64,000 bases of DNA from a bacterium (lineage in GTDB: Bacteria > UBA8248 > JACPRG01 > G963555815), in contig OZ244653.1 of NCBI GenBank assembly GCA_965218795.1, forward strand, positions 1,056,001-1,120,000, in the 5' to 3' direction. Both the position numbers and the translations under genes were made by a program. The notes below the pieces were generated by a model. The model saw only the letters and a list, made by a program, of their open reading frames with translations. It was not told where the DNA came from and did not search any database. Below are positions 39,320 to 49,824 of the stretch, piece by piece. Position 1 is the stretch's first letter; each line of letters starts with the position of its first letter.

Positions 39320-40708
39320 TCAACCCAGATCAGACGGATGGACGGTCTGTTCCGGGGCCGTTCGAAGGATTTCCTGCCTCTTGCCCAGAGCCAATCCCGT
39401 GAAAAGCCAAAGGGCCGCAATGGGAACGGCAATCAAAGAGATCGCCGAAAGGCCGAGACCCATCCCCGAGAGGCCCGCGAACACCCACCCACTCACGGCA
39501 TCGCCCCCGCGATAGACGACGGTGTCGATGAAATTCTTCGACTTGTACTTCTCTTCCCGTCCGACCACGGTGAACAGAATCTCGCGCGCGGGTCTGGCGA
39601 TCGCGAAGTTTCCGGCCCGCCGGACGACCTGGAAGGCCACCAGCATTCCCAGAATCGGGAAGAGTCCGAGACCTCCGAATCCGATCATCACGAGGCCGGG
39701 CAGCAGGGCCAGGGTGACTGGAACACCCAACCCGGCCACGAGCCTCCCGGTCAGAAAGAGTTGCGTTGCGAGGGTCAGCAGGTTCACTCCGAGATTCATC
39801 GCGGCGAAGAGAGCCGTCCGTTTCACCGGGTCGTCGAAGGCGTTCCGTACGATGTGGGCCTGCTCGAAATAAAGAAACGTCGAGAGCGTCGTAAAAAACA
39901 GAATGTACAGACAGATGCCGAGGAGATAGGGCGACCGGAAGACGAGCTTGACGCCCGCCAGGATCCCGCCGCCGATGGCCGCTTCGCCTGGACTCTCTGG
40001 CCCCGATTGCGCACTTGCGCCTTCAACCGCCACGGGGGCAGAGTCCGCCCGCCCGATTCGGTCGGCCCAACGAATCAGCCGGTGGATGCAGACGACCGCC
40101 CCGCCCAGCAACAGCGCGGATATCAAGAGCAGGTTGGCGAGGCCGATCCGCAAAACGAGAAACGCCGTCACCGATGAACCGACGACCGCCCCCGCGCTCC
40201 CTCCCGCCGCGATGAACCCGAACAGCCTGCGCGCCTGCTCGTTGGTGAACAGGTCCGCCATGAAGCTCCAGAAGACCGAAACCACGAACAGGCTGAAGAC
40301 GCTTACCCAGATGAAGAACGCCGGGGCCACGTAGGCGATGTGCGAATTCGTCAGAAAGAGCAGATAAAAGATGACAATATGGGTGATGAAAAAATAATAG
40401 ACGAGAGGAAGAAGTTTCTTCCGGGGAAACCGCGCGACGGCCGCGCCGAAGATCGGCACCGCGGCGATCATCGCCAAAAACGTCCCTGCAAAGACCCACT
40501 GAAGGTTTCTCACCCCGCCCGCGATCCCCATCTCCTCCCGGACCGGCCGCAGGATGTAATAGCTGCAAAGAAGACAGAAAAAATAGGCGAACGACAAGAG
40601 AAGCGCCCTGACTTCGCCCTCTTCGACGTTGACGATCCGGGCGAGCAGGTTTGGCGGCCGCAGGCGGTTTCCCGGTTCCCCCCTATTGTCTTTTATCCCT
40701 TGACGCAT
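39320..40708 (-). CDS. MFS transporter of the NTP/NDP-exchange (ADP/ATP translocase-like) group
   Basis: YYILRPVRE, FWSFMADLF..EQARRLFGFI, ARPAREILFT, KYKSKNFIDTVVYRGGD. Multiple TM segments. Confidence 0.88.
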   Translation of the reverse strand: MRQGIKDNRGEPGNRLRPPNLLARIVNVEEGEVRALLLSFAYFFCLLCSYYILRPVREEMGIAGGVRNLQWVFAGTFLAMIAAVPIFGAAVARFPRKKLLPLVYYFFITHIVIFYLLFLTNSHIAYVAPAFFIWVSVFSLFVVSVFWSFMADLFTNEQARRLFGFIAAGGSAGAVVGSSVTAFLVLRIGLANLLLISALLLGGAVVCIHRLIRWADRIGRADSAPVAVEGASAQSGPESPGEAAIGGGILAGVKLVFRSPYLLGICLYILFFTTLSTFLYFEQAHIVRNAFDDPVKRTALFAAMNLGVNLLTLATQLFLTGRLVAGLGVPVTLALLPGLVMIGFGGLGLFPILGMLVAFQVVRRAGNFAIARPAREILFTVVGREEKYKSKNFIDTVVYRGGDAVSGWVFAGLSGMGLGLSAISLIAVPIAALWLFTGLALGKRQEILRTAPEQTVHPSDLG

Positions 40709-40715
40709 GATCAGA

Positions 40716-41467
40716 TCAGGTTTGTGTCCCCCGGAGGGTGACTGGTTCGATCGGATCACCGTCTACTCGATAGGCTTTAAAAACGTGTTTCCGCCCAGCG
40801 TTTGGATTGGCCACCAGTGTTGTGCCAAGTTCCTTCGTCTGTAGGTTGAAGTTGTAGGCGATCACTATCCGCTCGATTTCCCGCCTTGCCGGAACCGCGA
40901 TTTTCCGAAGGTCAGGATCAATCGGCATGTCCGCAGGCAGGATCAATGTCCGCCGGTGGGCGGTACCCTCCGCCAGCGCGAACGGTGTCGGCGCTACATA
41001 CATCTTCCGGTCGCGGACTAAGATATCGCCGTAGCTCCCAAACCCACGAAAGCTTCTGTTTTTATGCACATAGGTGTTGTCGGCATTTAGAAAGCTGCCG
41101 TGACATACAACTAGATCAAGGACCGGATATCGGTTTCCATCTGGCTTGTTCGGGTAGCGTCCGAAAACATAAAGGATTCGTCGGCCATTATGTTCGCCGC
41201 ATGGAACCTGACTGTTGCAATCGTAGTCCACCTCCCGGCCTGGGTAGGCAAGTCCCTTTAGTTCATAGCCTTCGGCGAAGCGCACAAGCCGAAAATCCGG
41301 ATAGGTGTTGCGGCCTGGTTCATCGAAATTCTCACCGATGCACTGAAGCCGCGCCTTGAACCAATTCTGAAAATGAAACTCTTTGTCATAGCGGCCTTCG
41401 CGCCCAATCAATTCCCATCCCGGATGGCGCGGACACACTCTTTGAAGACTTTAGACGCCAGAGACAT
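40716..41467 (-). pseudogene. Putative restriction endonuclease (PD-(D/E)XK); -1 frameshift near 41415
   Basis: MSLASKVFKECVRAIRDG plus one missing G gives ELIGREGRYDKEFHFQNWF...NTYPDF...EGYELKG. Starts 3 nt after the MTase stop. Confidence 0.65.
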
Positions 41468-41470
41468 ACG

Positions 41471-43674
41471 TTACTTCTTTCTTCTTTGTGTTGTATCGGT
41501 ATGCAGTACGTCAATGGCCGTTTCAATCTCGCGATCACTTGCTTCGAGCATCGAAAGCGCCGTCTCAAGATCATATGATATGGATAATTGACGGAGAAGC
41601 TGCGCCATCACGATCACCCGCACGTCATTCCGGCTGAGGCGACGTCCGCCCGCTCGCAACCGCTGCACCTGCTTCGCAGCGATCGGCGTCACCGTGCCCC
41701 ACAGATCACCGTTCCATTCATGGCAGGGGAGCTGAGAACGCTTACGGCAAACTAGGATGATATCGAGATCAATGGGCTCTTTCGCCTGATGTTTCGGCAT
41801 GGCAACGGACATTTCGGCCTTTATCGGTTGCGCCGCCGTAATACCAAAGCTTGCCTCCATCAGTGCCTTAAGGACCGAGTGCCAGCCATCAGAGCGGGAG
41901 TGGTGATAAGTGAAGGCGAGAACGCCTTCATCCTTCAGGACGCGATGTGCTTCAGACCAGACGGCCCCAAGCCGATCCGTGAACCGTGACACAGCAGCGT
42001 TCTGAACCTCGAAAGGGGACCGAGTCGTGTGATTTTGCGAATGCCCGTATGCACCCAGGATATGCCGCTGCCAAACATGGAAGAAATCGGCAAGCTGTGA
42101 ATAGTGGACGTTATCGAAGAACGGCGGATCGGTTAATATTGCATCAACCGACCGGTCCCCCAGATCGGTATCACTCGAATCACCGCAAGACAGATAAACC
42201 TGTCTACCCGACGAAAATTCCAAGTAGTTTGTTGCCAAATCGAAGCCAAGTTTTTCTGACAGGCCAAAAACCTTCTCTCTGAGCTTTTTCCCGGCGCGGG
42301 CTTGCAGGCGTAGCTCGAACGGATCTTCTGCATAGTCCAGGGCACGGCGGATGCGTCCCTCAAACATCGTCATGAAGGACCCCGAGCTTTTCGGTGTTCC
42401 CCAAAGGTTCGCTTCAAGAGGAACCCGCTCCGGCTTCAGGATATGATGAGCAAACATATGGCGTACCGCGCCCGTGCCTTCTCCTTTGTAAGAAGCGAAC
42501 ATGTTGTTGAATTCGAGTACACCCGAAAATAGGCATGTGAACAGATCGCGCAGCACTGGATCCCTGATTACGCGAATCCGATCCGATAGGATAGACAGGC
42601 ATAGAAGTTGTCGATCATTGAACATTTCATGCCAATAGCGGTAGTTGTAGCCGAGCGCTTGGTTCGTGTTATAACCGGGTTCTATAGCAACAACAGGATA
42701 TGGGTTAGCGCGCTCCGCTAGCTTGCGAGAGGCGTCGTCGTATAGCATCCGGTCCTCGTCAGTCGCAGCGACGTAAACTTTTGACCCGTCCGCCCGAAGT
42801 ACAAGCTTCGCGTAGAGCCTATGGACGGGCGCGTGGTTTGTCTCTCGGATCGTTTTGGCTATCGAAAATACATGATCGCACGCCGGGCAATTTGCCTTTT
42901 GGCCGTTGGCCGGGCCAGACTGCGGGTCGAAATATGTCTCGCAGGACGTGCATCGCACCTGCCTGTCATCGTAACGCACCAAGTTGATATCGCCACAGTC
43001 AGGGCAAACCGCCCGCGCCTCTGGTAGCGTTTCGGATAGGCGTGCCGGGCGAATATTCGTGACGAAAAAAGACCAACCTCATGGTGACAACAGGGGCATG
43101 GAGCGGTCTTGACCCAGAAGAAATAGAGAACTTCGGCAGCCTCCCCATCCGACAAATGAGTTCTGTAGTAAGAGCGTATATCGACAGCAACGTCCTGCTC
43201 AATCGACGCAAATTCATTCAGGATCTTGGAACGATCATGAAAGGACAGCGCGTTTCGGACAAGGAAATGCGCCACCACATTGATGTCGCACCCGATCACG
43301 CGTGCACCGAGTTTGGCCGCTTCGCCGATCGTCGTTCCGCTCCCCATGAACGGATCGAAGACAACCGAGCCAGCCAACCGGATGGGTCGATAGAAGGCAT
43401 TCATGATATTCGTTCCAGTCGGCGTCAGCGCGCCGATCGTGATCGCACGAAAAACACTCCCAAGCCTCTGAGCCCACCATTTGTGAATGTGGTAGATGGG
43501 GCGGTTGATCTCTTTGCGCCAGCTTTCAAGCTCCGCAATGTCACTGATCTGCTCGAATGGAAAATTATCATCCTCAAGAGCGCAAGGTCCACCGACGGAT
43601 GATAGATTAAGCTCACTATCAGCGGGAATAGAAAGCTCCAATCTTTCCTGGTGCGGTGTATCGCTTGATCGCAT
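41471..43674 (-). pseudogene. DUF1156/COG1743-like Zn-ribbon amino-DNA methyltransferase; -1 frameshift near 43023
   Basis: IHKWWAQR, FDPFMGSGTT (motif I), CxxC pairs, TDPPFFDN (motif IV), FTYHHS. Adding one C gives KRYPEARAVCPDCGD and joins ORFs 42859-43674 and 41471-42982. Confidence 0.85.
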
Positions 43675-43938
43675 TGCTGATTTTCATTTAGCGCTGGTAG
43701 CGCGTCGTTTTGTGAATTGCCCGATTTCGTCATTTATTTTGTGTACCGCCAAACTTCCAGCGTCTTGAACCGCCTGTACAAATTTTTCAGCATATAGACC
43801 GTGAGGAAAGCGATCAAAACGTCAGGCACAAGGTTCAGTATACACAGGTGGCCCGACTCCACCGATTCGGCCACCCTGGAGAGCAGGGGACGGGGCGGGT
43901 CGAAGACAACTCCGCCGATCCAAAGGTGGACGGACGGT

Positions 43939-44916
43939 TTATCGCTTGGCCGCCTGCGCAACGGGACGACGCTGCTTCTTCGATGGGGTCAATGACTTTG
44001 AGAGCATACCGTGGACTCCTTTGTACCCGTTCACGAGCTGTGTGATCCGGAGGTCCACCGCCGCGCTGCAGAATGCATAAGCGTCCTCGCGTCCCAGCCT
44101 GTATCGGCTTCCGAGAAAATCGATCATCTCCCGAAGAGCCATTCGCGCGGCTTCGGCCAGATCCTGATGGAATCCCATCGTGATGTGGTGGGTTGGAGTT
44201 TCCGCACGGGGCCATTTCAGCTTCATGTCCTTTCGCACGGTCAGACGGAGAACCGCCCGCATGGAGGTTTCAACCGCGGTCTGGTCCACCTCTCCGTCCC
44301 CTTGAGCGGCGTGCCCGTCCCCAATCGACAATCCGGCCCCGGTCTTCCAGATCGGAAGGTAGACCGTGGAACCCGCCACCAGATCCTTGTTGTCCATGTT
44401 TCCGCCGTGAACATATGGCGGGTTGCTCGGAATCCTTCCAATCCCCTTCGGCGGGCAGACGCCCAAAATGCCGAAGAACGGACGGAGGGGGACTTTCCAG
44501 CCGGGGGCCACCTCGGCGGTATTCTTCTCCAGGTCCAGATCCATGATCCGGCTGTTATGTCTGGAGAAATCGTCCGGGAGCGCCCCGGCCATCGGCGCCA
44601 GCCGATTGTAAGCCCAGTCCACCCGTGGTTCGATGTCCTCGATGTGGACCTCCAGGACGTTTCCGGGCTTTGCGCCCTCGACGTTGATCGGGCCGAGCAG
44701 GATGTGAGGTCCCGCCCCCTTTTGGACAGTCGCATGGATGGCCGTCAGCTCCGGAGGGATCCGCCTCCTGTCCTTCGGCAGCAGGTCCGGATGGCCTGAC
44801 AGGGTGTTGGCGATCAGCCGGTCGCCCGAGCGGACCGTCAGCACGGGTTTGAGACGATAATCGAAAAAACCCCAGTGAACATTGTCGGGATTGGCCGTAA
44901 TCTCGTGGGTTTTCAA
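43939..44916 (-). CDS. Acetamidase/formamidase family protein
   Basis: VHWGFF, GPHILLGPI, HGGNMDN, GDGHAAQGDGEV, AVET. Confidence 0.92.
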   Translation of the reverse strand: MKTHEITANPDNVHWGFFDYRLKPVLTVRSGDRLIANTLSGHPDLLPKDRRRIPPELTAIHATVQKGAGPHILLGPINVEGAKPGNVLEVHIEDIEPRVDWAYNRLAPMAGALPDDFSRHNSRIMDLDLEKNTAEVAPGWKVPLRPFFGILGVCPPKGIGRIPSNPPYVHGGNMDNKDLVAGSTVYLPIWKTGAGLSIGDGHAAQGDGEVDQTAVETSMRAVLRLTVRKDMKLKWPRAETPTHHITMGFHQDLAEAARMALREMIDFLGSRYRLGREDAYAFCSAAVDLRITQLVNGYKGVHGMLSKSLTPSKKQRRPVAQAAKR

Positions 44917-44969
44917 TGCCCCTCTCCTCTGGACGGTTGAATCATGACCATGCGGGAACGCGCTTCACT

Positions 44970-45731
44970 TCAGTTCATATACGAACCGCCGTCGACGAGC
45001 AGCGTCTGGCCTGTGATGAAGTCGGCCCCGTCGGACAGGAAGAACAACATCGCCCCGACCAGATCCTCGGGCATTTCGCCGCGGGGAATCGCGCGGGTCG
45101 GAATCTGGAGGGTCTCGGCTTCCTCAAACTTCTGGCCCCGCGCCGCGGCCAAACTTTCGCTCCGCGTCAACCCGGGGCCGACCGCATTGACGCAGATTCC
45201 GTCCTTGCCCATGGAACGGGCGAGCACTCGCGTCAGCGTCACCACGGCCCCCTTGGATACCGTGTAGTGGGCGGGAGCCGGAAGTCCCTTGAACGGCACG
45301 CCCGAAGCGAGATTCACGATCTTTCCCGAGCCCTGTTCCTTCATGCAGGGATAGACGGCCCGGGAGACCAGCCAGGGGCCTTTGACGTTGACGGCCATCA
45401 CCGCATCCCAATCATCCGTGGTAATCTCATTGAATTCGGCCCAGTTCAGATCGAACACCCTGGCGGCGTTATTGACCAGCCCGTCGATTCGGCCGTATGT
45501 CTCATGGGCCCTGTTCACCAGAGCGCTTACGCTGTCCTCATCCGACACGTCGGCTTGGATGAAGATCCCCTCGCCTCCCGCGGCGCGGATTCCCTCCACG
45601 GTTTCCTCGCCATCCCGGATATCGCAAACGACGACCTTCGCGCCCGCGGCGCTGACGGCAGTCGAGAAAACCCGGCCGAGCCCACGCGCCCCGCCCGTAA
45701 CGATCACCGCCTTTCCCTTGAGCGTCATCAC
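44970..45731 (-). CDS. SDR family oxidoreductase
   Basis: TGGARGLG, LVNNA, YTVSK, VNAVGPG, ITGQTLLVDGG. Confidence 0.93.
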   Translation of the reverse strand: MMTLKGKAVIVTGGARGLGRVFSTAVSAAGAKVVVCDIRDGEETVEGIRAAGGEGIFIQADVSDEDSVSALVNRAHETYGRIDGLVNNAARVFDLNWAEFNEITTDDWDAVMAVNVKGPWLVSRAVYPCMKEQGSGKIVNLASGVPFKGLPAPAHYTVSKGAVVTLTRVLARSMGKDGICVNAVGPGLTRSESLAAARGQKFEEAETLQIPTRAIPRGEMPEDLVGAMLFFLSDGADFITGQTLLVDGGSYMN

Positions 45732-46005
45732 GTCCTCCGATTAGAAAAAAATGAGACTCGGCGCATTGATCCCGGCCGCGGTTCTCCTTTTGGATTCGGA
45801 ACTGAAAGAGAGGCGTCATGCCCAAGCCAGATTCTATCATCGAAATCGGGCCGCCCGCGGTCATCAGGATGCCGAACCTCCGGAGCGGCCTTCCCAGCCC
45901 GAACGGAATGAACAAAACCCATTCATCCGTATAATGAGTAAGACGTCGACCAGGGAATTGCCCTTTCCCGATTCCCTTTCAATCCCCATCGCCCAGGCTC
46001 TTTTC

Positions 46006-47034
46006 ATGCTTGACCTCAGTGTGCTCGATCAGTCCCCGGTTCGAAGCGGAGGAACGCCGGCGCAGGCGCTCGCCGAGACAATCCAGCTCGCCCAGGCCGC
46101 CGACAGTCTTGGCTACCGAAGATATTGGCTGGCCGAGCACCACGGAACGGACGGGTTCGCCGGTTCCGCTCCCGAGGTGCTCATCACACGGGTGGCCGCC
46201 GCCACCTCCAGCATACGGGTAGGCGCGGGCGGCGTCATGCTGGCGCACTACAGCCCCCTCAAGGTGGCCGATAATTTTCGGGTGCTGGAAAACCTCTATC
46301 CAGGCAGGATCGACCTGGGAATCGGCCGCGCGCCGGGCAGCGACCCGATCACCGCCCGCGCCCTGGCTTACGGGTCCCAGATCGGAATTGAGTATTTCCC
46401 CTCGAGGATCGCCGACCTGATCGCCTTCCTGGAAGATTCGAGTCCGGCCACGGAAGCCTTCGAGAAGGTGAGAGCCACTCCCAAAGCCCCCTCGGTTCCT
46501 GAAATCTGGCTCCTGGGATCCAGCGCGCAGAGCGCGATCTATGCGGCCCGCTTCGGACTCGCATTCTCGTTCGCCCACTTCATCTCCCCCGTGGGCGGCG
46601 ATGAAGTCCTGCGAGCGTATCGGGAGCGGTTTCAACCGAGCGGGATGCTTGAAAAACCGAGAGAAAGCTTGTGCGTGTTCGTTATCTGCGCGGATACGGA
46701 GGAGGAAGCGAAGCGTCTCGCAATCAGCCGGGACCTGTGGAGACTCCGTCTGGAGCGGGGAGAACCCGGCCCCTACCCCTCTGTAGAAGAAGCCCAGTCC
46801 TATCCATACACCGATGCGGAGAAGGCTCGCGTGGAGGCCAATCGCACGCGCAACGTCGTGGGTGACCCCGAGCAGGTCAAGGAACGGATTGAGCGCACGG
46901 CGGAGGAATACGGTGCAGGGGAAATCGTTGTCCTGACGATCACCCACGATTTCGCGGCCCGCCTTCGATCTTATGAGCTGCTTGCCGGGGCCTTCGGGTT
47001 ACAGCCGCCTGCGCCTCAGGGGATTGCCGAATGA
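46006..47034 (+). CDS. LLM-class (luciferase-like, YhbW-type) flavin-dependent oxidoreductase
   Basis: LSVLDQSP, RYWLAEHH, IRVGAGGVML, GRIDLGIGRAPG, WLLGSS, FAHFI, RLRSYELLA. Confidence 0.92.
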   Translation: MLDLSVLDQSPVRSGGTPAQALAETIQLAQAADSLGYRRYWLAEHHGTDGFAGSAPEVLITRVAAATSSIRVGAGGVMLAHYSPLKVADNFRVLENLYPGRIDLGIGRAPGSDPITARALAYGSQIGIEYFPSRIADLIAFLEDSSPATEAFEKVRATPKAPSVPEIWLLGSSAQSAIYAARFGLAFSFAHFISPVGGDEVLRAYRERFQPSGMLEKPRESLCVFVICADTEEEAKRLAISRDLWRLRLERGEPGPYPSVEEAQSYPYTDAEKARVEANRTRNVVGDPEQVKERIERTAEEYGAGEIVVLTITHDFAARLRSYELLAGAFGLQPPAPQGIAE

Positions 47035-47182
47035 CAGCCTGAGGCCTCTATCCGACCAACGTCAAAAACCTTCGCGGGGAAACCGCGAAGTGTCCCGATC
47101 GTTGGTCTCGCAATGACAGATCGGGGCAAGTCAAACCCCGCAAGAATCGTTTGATCGCAACCCATCCCGGCCCTCTCCCCGG

Positions 47183-47823
47183 CTATCCGCTTGACACCGT
47201 GACCAAAGCGGCCCCGGCGCAGATCATGAAAGCCCCTGTCACAAGGCGCAGGGTCACCCGTTCCAGTTGTCGAAGAAACAACCAGGAAAAAACAAGAACA
47301 AAGAGCGGGTTGGTATAGGAGAGCGGAGCCACGACGGAAACAGTGCCGTGCTGGAGGGCTGCAAACAGCGCCAGGTGGCTCACATTGGACAGCAGGCCGC
47401 TGATGCCGAAAAATCCGATGTTCCGTCGGTTGAATTGAATCCGTTCGGCCTTCGGCAGAAACGGGCACCAGCGCACAATGACCCCAAGAGTTCCGATCGC
47501 TGCAACGCACAGCCCGACACTGAGAATCGGGATCAACGAGATCCCTGTCTTCCGCAGAACGGTGGTCAAGCCGAACATGACCGTCGCCAGGACGGCAAAG
47601 ATCAGGTAGTACCCGACGGACTGGCGCCGGCCGCTCTCTTCGGCTTTCGATTGTTGTTCCCGCGCCACCATTGTGACGCCCGCCATAATCAGAAGCGTTC
47701 CCGCGAACACGAGCCGTGATGGGCGTCGAGGTTCGCAATGCCACGCGCGCGGAGGTATCCCCCAGCGCCCATGAGGAGGCGGCGGCGAGAGCGAGAATCT
47801 CGGGGGGTAGCCATCGAGTTCAT
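47183..47823 (-). pseudogene. EamA/DMT transporter with internal deletion
   Basis: N-terminal LPPEILALAAASSWALGDTSARVALRTSTPITA jumps out of frame to VFAGTLLIMAGV. The second EamA repeat (VSVVAPLSYTNPLF..LFL..ERVT) is intact. Confidence 0.65.
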
Positions 47824-48023
47824 CATCCCCGGTCCGGGAATCCGGTGGAGAAACGGAAAGGCGCCGAGTCTTGCCTCCCGACCCAACCGGAAGGGTTCAT
47901 CGAAATATGAAAGGCCCGGAGGAGGGGGAATCCTCCGAGCCTTTCAATTGTCCCGCCCGGCTCTCCCGGCCGGGAGCAACCGGTCCAACGGAATACCCTG
48001 TTTCCTACATCAAAGCCGGCGCA

Positions 48024-48260
48024 TCACTCCAAAGGCTTGAGGATCTTCCACATCTTTGGACTCAGACCTCTTTCCTTGATGAATCCGGCCTTGAGGGCCA
48101 TCTTCAAAAAGGCGGTTTCCTCATCAACGAAGATCTGAAGGAAACAGCCCGACCTTGACGGTCTTGCGGCGAACGCTTCCGATACCGCCCCGGTCGCCAT
48201 CAGGGCCGCCATCAGAAAGACCCACATCCATCTCGCTGTGTTTCGGCTCTTCGCTACGTT
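48024..48260 (-). pseudogene. Remnant of a secreted (solute-binding-like) protein
   Basis: Clear signal peptide (AKSRNTARWMWVFLMAALMATGAVSEAFAA) followed by only about 45 residues. Confidence 0.3.
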
Positions 48261-48585
48261 CCCTCCAAAAGAGTTCGTTCCATCATCGCACCGGAACATT
48301 CACCATCTTTTGCGGATGCTCCGTCCGTCTCGGTTCGACCGACTCGACGTGGAATCCAATCGATGAAGAATGCACCGACTTTCTTTAGTTTATACCATTC
48401 CCCCGGGATCACACCGAACCGGTGGGTCGTGTCGATCAGAGAAATTTCACGGTCCGTTCCGACTCGAAATCAAACCCAAGGCTTGCGATACGTATCCTTC
48501 TCGAAATTTTCACCCTTTCCGTTCGAGAGAACCTCTCCCCCGGCACATCAGAACGATCGTCTCGGCAATCAATGGGTGCTGCCGC

Positions 48586-49653
48586 TTACCAGACTTCCGC
48601 CAAAAGCGCGTCCGGATCCCCATGCCGTGCCGCGACCTCACGAATGGCCGGGTCTTCCAGGATGAGGAACCGGCCCGTATCAATCAATTGTTCCCCGCCG
48701 ATGCTGAACGATGGTTTCAGGCTCCCGCCGTCCCAATGCAGGGGGCTGTCAAAGTCCTTCAGCCACGGCCAGTGCCCCACGGCGGCGTGGTAGCTCCCCG
48801 CATGGCGGAAGAGGATGGTATCCGGAGCGCGGTATTGCAGGGCTTCATGGACGGGCGCCTTCGGGTGCGCCCCGATGGCAATCTCCGAGAAGTACCGGCC
48901 CTTTTCATACCGGTCCATCAGGTCTTCCAGCCAGGCGGCTTCGTCTCCGCCCTCGACCCGGGTCACCCAATGGTCTTCAACCGTGAGTCGAACGGGCTCC
49001 CTCAGGTATCCTGAAAACCCTTCCATGTGATCGAAGACCACCATCCCGTTGACCGGAGACATCGGGTGCGTCGCCATATCGCCTCCGGGAAAGAACATCC
49101 ACGGCCTGGGCAGAGGCTGTTCGGTGAACCCCCATTTGTAATCGATCCCCCCTTTCAGGTCCGTACCGTTGGCATCGGTCAGGTGAAACTCGACGCTCTT
49201 TCCCCGGCGCGCGTGTTCGAGGGTCTTGTCGAAAATCGTCCAGAGGATTTCACCGGGGAAGCGGGCCCAATCGGAAGCCAGCAACTCGGGGGTCGGGCAG
49301 ATCAGCGAAACGCAGCGTTTCCCGGTTCGGCCCAGAAAATAAGAAAAATTCAGATTATCCACTATGGCGGCGTTCTCGAGTTCCAGGGCCGTGATCAGAA
49401 CGTCCGCCGACTCCATGGCGGCCAGAACCAAGGGGTCGATGGGAGCGCGAAGGCGGTTGACTCCCGCGTGGGAAGACAGCAGGTGCGTCTTGGCTCCGGC
49501 CTCTTCACATGCCAGCGCGATGGCCTGCACGACAAGGTCGTCGATCTTTCCCGTTCGGTCGGTCCAGAGCAGGACTTTCTCGCCTTCCTGGATGAACGCA
49601 TAGTTCCGCACGCAGTTCCTGGCGCCGGGCATGAGGTCGAGAAGAGAATACAT
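48586..49653 (-). CDS. Peptidase M29-like / NicX (2,5-dihydroxypyridine dioxygenase)-like protein
   Basis: HLTDANGTDL, FPGGD, NGMVVFD, PVRLTVEDHWVTRVEGGDEA, EIAIGAHP, YHAAVG, HWDG. Confidence 0.65.
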   Translation of the reverse strand: MYSLLDLMPGARNCVRNYAFIQEGEKVLLWTDRTGKIDDLVVQAIALACEEAGAKTHLLSSHAGVNRLRAPIDPLVLAAMESADVLITALELENAAIVDNLNFSYFLGRTGKRCVSLICPTPELLASDWARFPGEILWTIFDKTLEHARRGKSVEFHLTDANGTDLKGGIDYKWGFTEQPLPRPWMFFPGGDMATHPMSPVNGMVVFDHMEGFSGYLREPVRLTVEDHWVTRVEGGDEAAWLEDLMDRYEKGRYFSEIAIGAHPKAPVHEALQYRAPDTILFRHAGSYHAAVGHWPWLKDFDSPLHWDGGSLKPSFSIGGEQLIDTGRFLILEDPAIREVAARHGDPDALLAEVW

Positions 49654-49824
49654 GGCGAGTCGGTCCTCCCTGCGGAGCCAATCCCGTCCCAACCCGACGG
49701 ACCCGCTCCAGCGTGTGAAATGTATATGGAACCTTTTGATTAAAATGTGACCGAAACATCGATGTCAACGTAAAATAACGGTCAACGCTTCAAGGATTGG
49801 CTTCTGTTGTTTGGGGCGATATCC

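Noticed and set aside
40700-43940. att sites or target-site duplication around the R-M-like block
   Set aside because: No direct repeat, tRNA or integrase seen at the borders.
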